Of a stretch of 64,000 nt of DNA, positions 14,005-26,490 are shown in pieces (the stretch's first letter is position 1; every line of letters starts with the position of its first letter). The DNA lies in the NCBI GenBank assembly GCA_964016885.1, contig OZ024742.1, positions 258,354,001 through 258,418,000 on the forward strand, written 5' to 3'. The notes below the pieces were generated by a model. It worked only from the letters and a program-made list of their open reading frames with translations. It was not told the DNA's origin and did no database searches. A program made the translations under genes and the position numbers. The DNA comes from Eledone cirrhosa (taxonomy: Eukaryota).

Positions 14005-17000
14005 GGGCAAATGAATGAATTTCAGAAGTCCCTTACCGGGCAGTGTTACCGGGGAGCGTCGCCAGTTTGAAATACATTTTACAGGCATTGAAGTGCCCTC
14101 CACCGAGCTTGCCCGACATGCACGTGTGGTGACGAGATCGTCCTACACGCACTCGTCCAGTCTCCGAGCATCGCTGACTTGTGATGTTATATCAAACGTC
14201 TGCTGTTGTGTGTAGGATTGGTCCGGCTATCTGCTGAGTCCATCGTGAACATTGCCCCACCAGCAGACGTAAGACCAGCGAAAACGCCACCACCATCTTT
14301 GGAATCCTGTTGCTCCTACCAAACAAAATACATACATTGACACAAACACAAACACTAACATTCAGAGAAATAGTTACTAACACAGTCACCTTGTCTTCTA
14401 GTAGCGAAGACGAGACTAAATCTAAATAACAAATATTAAAAAAAAGAAGGCACAAAAAACTCCACACATCACAAACACATACAACAGAAAATGGAAACAC
14501 AACACACAGAACAAAACTAACATTTCCACAACAACACCAACGCCAGCAACGCCACCGCCGCAATGCCCCAACCACCAATGGCCACAACGAACGCGAGAAC
14601 AAAACAAAACACACAATTTCGTGCTATGAAGAAGAGCCTACAAGGATTTGATGGCCCTGATAACGCGAAGATAAGAGTTAGAAAAGGAGAGCGAAATTTT
14701 CGGCACACAGCACATTTAGCGCGACTGAGGACCTATCGGTGGTATGCATGTCGGTCGGTGCATAAAAAGGGATTTGGCAGAGCTTTCTTCGCTCCGTGGA
14801 AACTACGATTATGAAACCCACTTTTTGACTTTTAAAGGGGTTCCCAAAGGAAACACAACCAACCATGGAGGATGAACCACCCGACATCCACAAGGCCCCG
14901 TGAGATTTGAAAACCTTTCTTCTCTCTTTTAGCATGCCAACATGGCCATCGAAAAATAGGATGTTTAATCATTCGCGGCATTGGGTCGTCCGGGAATTAG
15001 GGCGTCACTTGAACGACCTCAGGGAACTAGATATGCATGTGGTTACCAACAGCGTGTGCACGATTTCCGACACGCACGCACTATCCCCGAATTTCTACGA
15101 CTATCAGATCCTCGCATCTCTTAGTCAGCCGGGAACGCGAGGTGGGGTGGTATTGCTGTTTAGGAACGACCTGGATCTCGAGGTAAGTTCGATCTTCTGA
15201 GACCCGGACAGCATGCTGGTGGTCCTGGACGTAAACCGTAGTGCAGGTGCTGCCTTCAGACGGGTAGCCGTATACGCCCCAGACATCTCGCCCTTTACTG
15301 TTAGCAGCCGACTGGAACGGTATTTTAGATACACGCTGGGATTGTGTGGGCGTAGCTGAGCGGAGCGGGTGTTGCAAAAGCTTCAAGACCTTATCAGCCA
15401 GTTAAAACTACCTGACATGTAGAGATTAGATAAGACATGTAATTTAGGACCTGTTTACAGGACGCTGAACATGTAGTTTCCGGCACCTAAGACTTACCCC
15501 TACCGGGTCGAAAATTTAATCAAGCAAACGTTGAGAGAGTGGGTCATCAACAACTTGTGTTTGGGCTCTCAAAAGAGAGTTTAGAATAATGTCAATAGGT
15601 TTTAGCAAAGAAGTAGCGTTAGAGAAAAATAGAGAGTATGTCGAGCTGGAAGCTAAATATGACGAGGCCGTTATACTCTGACGAAGGGATTATCTCCCGA
15701 AATATTAAGACGAAAGAAACAACAAAATAAAAGATTAGCATGTAACTAACTTTTTCGTTGCTTTCTTCTTACCGTCCATTTTGTATTGCTTAGCATTGTT
15801 GCATACATCACTTTCCACATGACAGAGTTTAAGATTTTACCAAGATGTTATCGAAGATGTTGGCGCCTGTCATCGAGTATTTGGTAGGGTAGGTGCAACC
15901 TTGCATAATTCCGACTAGGTCCGTACACGACATCCTCCACCTCATGCGATACATCATAGAGAGAGTAGGGTGTAAACCCTAAAAAGTCGCTGACCTTGGA
16001 GCTCGGTACCTGCAGAGTCATGTCCATGCCCTCCAAAAGCATCGTCGGGTACAGGACGGAAAGAACTGTAAAGTTGCTCGGTGTTTCGTTCGGACCTGTC
16101 CTCCAGGTGGATACGAATTGGAACGAGGTTACAATCAGGGTGGCCACTCTCTCCCAGAAATGGGCAGAGAGGAAGCTATCTGTTAAAAATCGGGTGGAGG
16201 TGGTGAATGTATACATCGCGTCCGTCATCTACTACCGCCTGACCGTCATGCCTTGTCCTCCTTCGCACTTCACCGAACTAGATTGTCTCATCTTCATCTA
16301 TATGTGGAGGGGACAGGTTTCGTCGGTGGGGCGCTCCATCTTCTGCCAGCACCCTCTACGTGGAGAGCTGGGCATGCCATAGCTAATGATGCACAAACAT
16401 GCGCTGAGGTAACTGCAGATATTCTGCCTAAACGGTGAACAGGTGACGTCGCTGTTCGCGGGACAGGCCTTTCCGCAGCTAGTCTATGTTACTAAGCTGC
16501 AGTCATGGGTGAAAAGAGACCATGACGGGTTGCCTGGCATGTGGAATCTTCCCAGGCTATCACTGTTCTCTGCCAGCTGGGATTAGTGGTGGGTTCTGGT
16601 CGTTCCAGGGGAGTTAAGAGCAGTGTTCTGTGGACAACTTCCAGAAATCGCTCGCTTCGCAGTGCTGCCGGGGGAGGGGGGGGGGGGGCACCTCCGGTTC
16701 GAGATAATCTACACAGGCACGGAAATGCTGTCACATTGATATACCCGAGATGCGCACAGGGCCATGAAACTGTTCTACACGCACACGTCCATTTTCCGTG
16801 CATTACTGAGTTGTGGAGATCTGTCATCAGCTGTTATTGCGTGTAGAAATGATCCGGTTATCAACTGTGTCCATAGTGATGATCGACCCACCACCATATT
16901 TTGGCCAGGAAGGGCAGGCATTCCTGTCTGGTGGCAATAGCGAAAGAGGTTGTATGGTGGACCAGGCTGAAATTACTGAAGACAGACTCTTTTCTATTCG

Positions 17001-17411
17001 GCCAGTCCCATATCAGTTTTTTCAAGTTTCACTTGGATAGAAACATGATGGTGGAGAGGAAAGTGCTGCCCGCCAGTACATTTGGTTATAGGCGAGTGTA
17101 TATAATGAGAATGGCCTGTTTGAATGGGCCTAAATTGAGCATGCATCTGTAGGCCTGCTAATTGGAGAGAAGATTGGTACCCTTCCCATGTGCCCTCGAA
17201 GTGGCGGGTGTTTCATGATTGGTGACTCAACTGATGGCCCCTCCGAAGTTATACCTCATATTTGTGAACTCTCATTGTTGTATTTTTCTTGTTATTTTGT
17301 CATTGTCATATTTTATTTACATGTTATATATTTAAACCACGACTGCGTCTGTTTATTGTATTGTCCACTATATATCGGGCCTTGTGGCCAAATAATGAAA
17401 CAATTATTATT
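14005..17411 (+). mobile_element. Degenerate, rearranged Tx1/L1-clade LINE (copy D)
   Basis: Homologous to copies A-C (APE ..GGGVVLLFR.., QKWAERKLS, FFKFHL); 3' tail ccttgtggccaaataatgaaacaattattatt. Confidence 0.85.
15678..15712 (+). ncRNA. Hammerhead-like motif inside Tx1 copy D
   Basis: CTGACGA-A-GGGA(ttatc)TCCC-GAAATATTA; stem I poorly paired. Confidence 0.5.
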
Positions 17412-18169
17412 AGTAGTAGTTCAAACTTTGTCGAGGTCAACTTTACTTTTCTTCATCCTGAAGTCGATGAAATTAAGTGCCAGTTAAATACCAACGCTAT
17501 TATATTCGTATTTCCCTTCCCCCAAACCACTGGTCTTCTGCCAACTTTAGAAATAATATATATATTTTTTATTTTTGTTTGTGGTGGTGTGCAAAAAACC
17601 TTGTGATGTTTTCGGCTACTTATATATGTTGTAAGTTCAAATCCCGCCGCGAGGAAGACTGCTTTTTATATAGCTGTGGGTCAATAAAGTAATTTACAGT
17701 CAATTGGGTGAATAATTTAATCGATTTACCAGTCTGCAAATAATGTACTGGCCTTGTCCCAAATGTAAAATCATTTATTTTCATAATTTTTTATATTATG
17801 TTCATTTAAAATTTAACGTTTTCGTTAAATTTTCAGAGGTTATATTGAATCATTATTTTATCTCGTTTCCAAAAGTTCTGATAGATTATTTTCTTATAAG
17901 ATATATTTCATGACAAGACTGTATATTATCTTGTGTGTCTTTCTGTGTGTCTGTGTGTGTGTATGTGTATGGCCATGTGTGTGTATATGCGTGAGTGCGC
18001 GTCTGCATGTATGATAATGTGTGCGTGTTGCCTGGGTCAGAATATGATGAGATATGGGATGGAAATAGAAATAAATTTGTGATTGTTTGTAGAAAATACT
18101 TATAATAATGATAGCACTTAATAGGAAACCCTTTTATTATATTGATAATATATCATCGTTTATATATGT

Positions 18170-18279
<110 letters not shown>

Positions 18280-19311
18280 GAGAGAGAGAGAGGGGTATAT
18301 TAGTGTTATATATATATGTGTGTGTGTGTAGATATTTATATATGTATTTATATATAGAGAAATCAATTCAGTTATCCAATAAGTCTCACATTAATGATCT
18401 AAATATGTTGGAGTATAATACCTTTTCTCTGATTTATAGTCTACTTTATTTTTTTTTATTGTTTGATAACGCACGCAAACATTGAAAGTGTTTAAATTTA
18501 AATTCTTTTGTTAGAAACTTTGCTCACAGTGACATTTGGAAAAAAATTAAACCTCAATCAGTTTGAAAATTGTTCATCAAAAAGCAAAGCAATTTTAACT
18601 CACTCAAAACAGTACACAGAAATAGTTTATTCCGATTAACTTTCAACATCATGTATAATTTCACAGAAAAAATTTAAAACAGGTCTGATAATTTAAATGT
18701 TCATAATATCACTGCTGCTGGATAAATTGTTGTAAAATTAATACAATGATAGCCTTGTTTTGTACTTTTCAAGAATGAATTGCTAATGCGCCTTCATGTA
18801 GTACAGGGTGCTAAGTGTTCAGCCACAACAATATAGCATAGATGTTTGCAACTCAGCGTATGTGTCAAAAGAATGGACATAGACAGGGATTGCTATGTAA
18901 GAACTTTGCTTCGCAATGCCCAAGTTAAACACGTTGTGATCGAACACCTGGTGTATAACTTGTTACCACTCAGCCATAATATTGCAATTCACAAACACAG
19001 CCCTTATGAATCTCATTCTACACAAGAATAATCTCTCTCCTCAGTGGAAACAGAATAGTCGTGTGAGTCATGCATCAAGATGTCAATTCAATCTTATACT
19101 CAGTTTTATATATACGTGTAAGCAAGAAAGACATCATCTTTAGCAGCTCGACAAATATTTATTGATAAGATGAGTGCTAGAACTGAATATACGTATTTGG
19201 ATAAATAAGACCGACTATAATTTTCGAAAAGCTGCTACAGTATGGCCGCAAACATGTTATGGGAACCAGTAATAGCGTAAACGCATAAATTGTTTTTCAT
19301 ACATGTTCGTA

Positions 19312-19379
<68 letters not shown>

Positions 19380-19477
19380 ATATATATGATGACTTCCCCC
19401 CTTCGTTATCGAGTCTGGTCAACAACGAAAAGAAAATCATAATAATAATAATGATAATAATAACAATAACAACAATA

Positions 19478-22400
19478 ATGATTTCTTTATTAACCACAAG
19501 GGTTTACATAAAGGACATTAAGGACAGTACAGGACAATACAGGGTGGTACAAATGGGCATTTCTGCGTGTAAAAAAAACAAGAAACAGAGGATGTAATAA
19601 TAGAACAATGAAAAAAATTCCCCAAAAGGGGGGGAGACTTCCGAGGGACATTGGTGGAGAAAGCCCATGAAAAAGCCACAGTGAACCTGACCGCCATGGC
19701 AAGTGCCCTCTCCCAGTTTTCCACTTTAATTTACAGACACATACTCAGAGTAGGCCCATTCACTCGGGCCATTCTTACCTCTCTCACCCATCTTTCAACA
19801 AAATGCAGGGAAGAGAGCACTTCCCTTTCTACCCTGATTTTCCTTTTCAAATGAAATTTGAAAAAGTTAATCAGGTCATCACCGAAGAGGTAAGTGCTCG
19901 TCTTCAGCCCTTTCAAAGGTGGCCACCAGACAGACAAAAACTGACAGCCCTTCCCGGCTAAAGGAAGAGGGCGGGGAAATCCTCACGATGGACTCAGCTG
20001 ATAGCCGGATCCGTCCCACACGCGACAGCAGGTGTTCGATATAAACCCACAAGTCAGCAATGCTAGGACACGGGACGAGTGCGTGCAGGACGGTTTCGTC
20101 GCCCCGCGCGCATCTCAGACATGCCCGGGTGACAGCACCTCCATGCCTGTAGCGTTTATCCCGAACTGGCAAAGCTCCTCGGTAGCACTGCCAGGCCAGG
20201 GATTTCTGGAAGTTGTCCATAGGCACCGGCCCGAAAGTTCTTCCGAAGAGATTGGCTAGTTGATATTCGTCGACGCCTAGAGTTTCCCCAAGTACGTCGT
20301 CGCACTTCCCCTCCACTAATCCTCTATAGAACGGCAAGGTGGAGTTTCCACCGATCACATTGCCCGATTGGTAGAGGGTTGTGAGCGGCTGAAGACATTC
20401 CAGTCTCCAAGCGCTCCCTCTCGGTCTTCGCTTGACCCAGGAATGCAGCTCCGTCAACGAGATGAGCTGGGGAAAGACGTGTCTAGTAAACGGAGACCAC
20501 ACCTGATCACCGTCGAGCAAGAGGTGGAGATGTCGTAGCCTGAGCGCGTGTCTGCGCATCATCAGCCACGGCATTCCCAGCCCTCCACGTAGCGGGTGTT
20601 GACAGCAGATGGACCGACTGACCATCGGAGCGCGTCCCTTCCACAAAAAGCGAAAGAGCAAACGCTCCAGCGCAGTCAGGCGGGGCTTAGGACAAGGTAC
20701 GACGGTCAGGCGATAGTAGATGACAGACGCGATATACGCGTTAGCCACCTCCGCTCGACCTTTCAGGGATAGCTTCCTCTCGGCCCATTTCTGGGTGAGA
20801 GAAGCCACCCTGCTCGTCACCTCGTCCCAGTTTTTGTCCGTCTGGAGATCTGGACCGAACCAGACCTCGAGCCATTTAACTGGTCCGTCCGTCCAGCGCC
20901 CGACGACGGTGTTGGACGGCATGGACCTCCCTCTCCAGGTGCCGAGCTACTGCCCCACTGACTTTTCCTGGTTGATCATTGCTCCTGTCACCGCTTCGTA
21001 TTCTCTTAGTGTAGTGCCGATCGCCTCGATGTGTTTGGCGTTCGACACCACTACGGTGACGTCCGCATATGCTGACACGGATCTTCCGCATCCTAGTTCG
21101 CGCGGGACACCCCTTAACGTCTCCAGTTTGTGTAGTAATGGCTCGAGAGTCAATACGTACAAGAGGGACGAGAGGGGACATCCTTGGCGGACCGAGCGCA
21201 TGATGTTGAACGGTTCCGAAAGGTGACCGTTCACTCTCACCACAGAGCAGAAGACGCTGTGCATGGCAGCGATCCAGCCACTGAAGACGGGCCCAAAGCC
21301 AGCCGCCATCAGGACTGCCGCTAGGTAACGATGGTCGACCCTATCAAAAGCTTTCGACTGATCTAAATTGATCAAGGACCCACCCGTGCCAGGTTCGCTA
21401 GCTACCCTCTCTACGATGTATCGCATGAGGTGGAGGTTGTCGTGGATGGATCTGTCGGGAATGGCGCATGTCTGCGCCTCTCCCACCAGACCACCAACGA
21501 CAAGCGCCAACCTCTTTGCTAGCACCTTGGCCAAAATCTTGAACTCTGTGTTTAGCAGAGTTATGGGCCTAAAATTATCTATATTATCCCCCTTGTTCGG
21601 ATCCTTTCTCAGCAACGCCACAGCTCATCGGCTCACAGAGCTGGGAATTCTCCCGTTCTGTTGCCAGTTGCAGTAGACGTCCGCCAAGAGGCCTCCGAAC
21701 AAGTTTGTCATTTGTACGTAAAGTTCATAGGGCAGACCATCCAAACCAGGCGATTTACCCCTTGTGCAGCTAGTCATTGCCTCCCGTACTTCAGCGGCTG
21801 TTATCGGCTTTTCGCAACACTCCGCCTCAGTGGCCGAGATCCGCGGCAGTCCGTCGAGGTAGACACTAAAGTCCATCCCTCGATCCGGCCCGCCGCTGCC
21901 CCCGAACAACTGAGCAGAGTGTCGATGAAAAGCTTCACACATTTTCCCGGGATCGAGTAGCATGCGCCCGTCGTGTTCCACCAAAGACCGGATCGTGGCT
22001 TTGTTGCCTCGACGCGCATCCGCCACTCGGGCCCGTTGAACGGCTTTCGTTCCCTCGTGTCTGAGAGCACGCACTATAGCTCTGACAACGCAGCCTTCGT
22101 GCTTTGCATTGAAGAATTGGTCAAAAGCCAATTTCGCCGCTAAGCGCCTCGTCTAATTTTCTAACTAATTCTCCCTCTGCTCTATTTTTCTCTATTGCTA
22201 AACCCTTACTAAACCTAATGGACTCTATTCTAATTACTCTTTTCAGAGCATACTACCACTTGTTGTTGACGATGGCCCCGTCAACGCCGCTTAACTAGTT
22301 CGCTAATCCGGTCTGTGTAGGCCTTGCGCGCTTGTAAGTACGCGTTTAGCTTCCAGTAGCCGGGTCCTCGCCTATGAAGCCTATCTAAGTCAAGCACACA

Positions 22401-24800
22401 GATCACGAATTTGTTGTCCGTGTAGCTGACTATCTTGAATTGTGGACAGCCTATGCTAGACCTATCTATTTCCCTACAAAGTACTCTATCTAGATATGAT
22501 CTGGATGACCCTATGCGATTTGTCCAAGTCCACATTGGGACATTCGGGAAATCCAATCGGTACCTGCCAGACAGTTCAAAACGCCTGAGCAGGTTGGTGA
22601 GGCTCTTGCACCCTCCTCTCCTATCCGCTAATCCCACACAGTCCCAGCGTGCATCTAAGATCCCGTTCCAGTCGCCCACTAACACTAACGAGCGGGACGT
22701 TCCAAGAAAGGTCTCTAGACGTGTGAAGAAATCTGGCCGTCCTGCCCCTTTGGGGCGTAGACGGCTACTAGCCTGAAAGCATTGCCTTCGCTGCCGGTCA
22801 CGTCCAGCACCACCAACTTATCCTCTGGGTCCAGGAAGAAGGCCCGTATGGCGTGCTCCAATAATCTCCGAAAAAGCACAGCAACTCCACCCCCGATCCC
22901 GGACGGCTGGGAGATGCGTACATATCGTAGCCGACGAAGATCGGCCACTACATCTATGTTTAGTGACCTGAGGTCGTTGAGCACGTAGCCCTACTTCCAT
23001 GACGACCCCAAGCCACGCGCATTTATGCTGCCTATTCTGAGTGAGGTCATGTTGAAATGGAGTGGAAAAGATGGGAAAGACCACTTACCTTACTTCTCGT
23101 AGAGGAAGGATGGTTTCTCCATCATTTTCACTGCTTGTGGCCTCCTCCGGAAGGATGTCCTTATAAATCCTCCTATAGAGTGCTTGTCGAAAGTCTCCGA
23201 TGTCTTTGGGGAATGTTTGTTTTAGTGTCGTGTACGTTTTCTGTGTGATGCAAGTGATATGTATGTGTGGAGGTGGTGTGAACTTTTGAGTTGCTGTGTA
23301 GTCTTTTTCTGTGATGCTGGTGTTGTGTTGCATGTAGTGTAATAATTGGTTGTTGTTCAAATTTAATGCTGTGTAGTGTGTATCGTTTTGGTTGTTTTGT
23401 TTGCGTTTGTTATGGGTTTGATTCTGTTACGCTTTTTGGTGACTTTTGTGGTCTTGGTGATGGTGGTGTTGGGGTTAATGATGGTCATGGTGTTGGTATT
23501 TGTGGTGATGGGGTTGGTGATGCTGGTGTGGATGGTGGCATATCTGTCTTAACTTTCTTGTTTGATAATCTGTATTTTGTTTTTGGAGGGGGAGGAAAAA
23601 GTATTTTTTCTTTCTTGGTTTCTTTTTTTCTTTTTTCCTGATACCGTTTCCCACTCCTCGTCATCACAATCTGTCTCCAGCTGCGATAAGCCGGGGAGTA
23701 GAAAATCCTCCACAGGCGTTGGTTTGGGTTGTGGCGTGGTGGATGGTGTAGGCGCTGGTTCTAGTTCTGTGGCGTTGGCTGGTGGTGGTGTTGGTTTTGC
23801 TACGGTTGCTGGGGTTGTTGCTGTTATTGTTGCTTCTGTTGTTGCTGCTACAGTTGTTGCTGCCATTTATGCTGCTGGTGGTGTTGATGGTTGAGTTATT
23901 GGGGTGGGTAAGAGAGGTGGCCTCAACCTTTTAGCCTGAGGGCAGAGAACCCTTAGGTGGGTTCCTTCACCACAAACGACACACCTAGGTATTCTGCCCT
24001 CAACGATTACTGTGAGGTGGCTGCCGTCAGTGAGGTCTATTACCTCTGGGAGCTGCTCAATGCTTTTTTGGTCCGCTTGGATCAGGAGCTCCATCCCAGA
24101 TCCGGACCAGTTCTCCTGCTTTTCTTTTGCTATTGCTATTATTTTGGTGTTGGCCTCGATGCCAGCGAGGACGGCAGCCATTAGCCAGGGAATTTCGATG
24201 GCCGTTAGAACGTGGGTCACCCTGATCTTCACAAGTCTCTGGCCACAATAGCTTGGGATGAGTGTGAAGTCGTCACTTCTTAATGGGGCCATGGAGTGTT
24301 CTCCGGCCTCCTGTGGTGTTTCAAATAACACGTCCATGGTTCCATACTTCTGCCCACGTCTGATGTGGGTTTTTTTTTCCCACACATGTCCCAAAGTTTT
24401 TGGATTTGGGACTCGGATGCCCGTTCCACTTGCGATTTTATGTTTATTGTCCGACGTTGCTCCATTTTATTAGGTATGTGTGTGTGTGGGGGGGGGGGGC
24501 TGAGCCTGTACCCATCTTTCTTTACCATTCCTTAGGCTTCTTCTAATTCCTCCTGAGTTACCTGGATCGCTTCGTACGTGTTTGCTACTCTGGCAAAACT
24601 CAGGGTAGTTTTCTTAATTTCATTGTTGCTGTTGTTGTTATCGTTATTTTTGCTATTGTTAATTTTAGTTTCAGTTGTGGTGGTGGTGGCGTCAGTGGTG
24701 TTCGGTGTGGAAGAGCTCATTTTGGTTGAATTCATTTCGATATCACGAGTTAATTTATTTTTTTCTTTTGTTTCCGTTGTCGCTGTGGTGTGGTGGGGTG
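19478..24800 (-). mobile_element. Tx1/L1-clade LINE copy A (ORF1 ~24735-23085 with CCHC knuckle; ORF2 APE-RT ~23050-19731; disrupted)
   Basis: GDWN, LDR, FRPITLLN, DQSKAFD, QGCPLS, CVVCGEGTHLRVLC; tail aataaagaaatc(att)n. Confidence 0.95.
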
Positions 24801-24804
24801 GGGG

Positions 24805-26490
24805 TTGTTCACTGGGAATAGACGGCCGTGTTGGAGTTCATGTACTTTTGCATGTCGGTTGAATCCCTTCTGCTGTTTTATATTCTCTACCATATGCTTG
24901 GCAAGCATCATGAGTAGCATCTCTAACAGCAGCCTGGTAGTCAACCACTGGTCTCACTTTATGACTGCGAAGATGACTTTCGAGTCTAGATTTGTTGAGG
25001 CAGAGTCTCGCACAGACGCTGCATGTCAGCGCCGCAGGAGGATCCTCGCCGTCTGGAAATGCAACAGTAATACCATTCTTCGCATCCCTCTTTACTTTCT
25101 CGTATGCGATTCGAGATGCCTCAAAGGCAACTTTCCCCTCATATACAGCTTTTCTCAGCAACAACATTTTCCCATCTATCACCAGAGATGTTAGCGCCTT
25201 TCAAAGAGGATTTCAAGGAATCCTTATAACTCCTTTTGACTTTATGTGGAGATCGTTTTCTTTTAAATAACTCCCGATAAAAGAGTTGTTTTGGTATTCT
25301 AGAATCCATCATTCTGGTAAGGTGACCACTCCAACGGAGTCTTTGCTTAAGCACAAGAGCTTCTATAATGTCACGCAAAGAGCTTTCCAAAATCTCGACA
25401 TTACTGATGTGGTTCCTCCAGTGAACGCCATGATCCATCTGAGACACATCTGATGGAAATGCTCAAATTGTTTAAGCTGGTGTCGATATATGACCCAGGT
25501 CTCGCAGGCATAAAGAAGAGAAGTGAGCAAACATGCCTTGTACACCTTTACCTTTGTCTCCTTGCATGTATCTCGCTGACCCCAGCGTCGCCTTTCTAGC
25601 TTTCCAAAAGCATCACTTGCTTTCCTAATCCTGATTGGGATTTCATTATCAAGGTTGCTGTGTCGATTGAGACAGTGCTTCCCAGGTAAACAAACTGATC
25701 AACCACTCCAAGTTTTTTGGTTTTGCAGCAAAGCGCCTGATGTTCGATATTGAATGTAATCACCATGCTCGCAATTCCTGAATGCAATATAGAACACCAT
25801 TGTAAAGTATATGGCAAACAGGGTCGGTGCTGGAATATCCCGATGTTTCACCTCATTTTATACTGAGATTGGCTCAGATATGTTACCTCCGACATTAACC
25901 CAAGCCTTCATGTCGTCATGGAAAGACCTAACCAAAGCAAGGAATTTATCAGGCCAACCAAGTTTCTGGAGAACCTTCCATAATGCATTTCTGTTAACAG
26001 TATCTAAAGCTTTTGTCAGATCGACAAAAACCTGATACAGATCCGAACCTTGTTCCATGCACTTCTCCTGGAGCTGTCTAGCTGAGAAGATGATATCAGT
26101 AGTTCCGCGTCCAGCACGAAAACCAGATTGACTTTCAGGAAGAACACAATCTGCAATGTGTGTCAGCAGACTGTCCAGAAGCACCCTACATAAAAGTTTT
26201 CCTACGACAGAAAGCAATGATATACCTCTGTAGTTTCCACAAACATTCTTGTTACCATTTCCCTTGCACAAGACCACCATTACTGCGTCCCTCATGTCCT
26301 CACGTACGGATTCATTAGCCCATATCCTGCCAAAAAACGAGTGAAGATGTTGCAGAAGTCTCACACCACCATATTGTGGGAGCTCTGCATGTATGCCATC
26401 CATACCTGGAAACCTTCCACTGTTCAGCTTCGAGATAGCTACTGCAACCTCCACAAGCGTCAGTGGTTCTGCGAGAGCTACTTTCAAAGG
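24805..26490 (-). mobile_element. RTE LINE, RT to C-terminus with two C2H2-like fingers, disrupted
   Basis: NYRGISLLS, QSGFR, FVDLTKALD, LRWSGH..PKQLFY; CSVC..SHLRSH. Confidence 0.9.

Noticed and set aside
14900-14932. Mini-intron at the ORF1/ORF2 junction of Tx1 copy D
   Set aside because: GTGAGA..TTTTAG spans only 33 nt and the copy is too decayed to test frame
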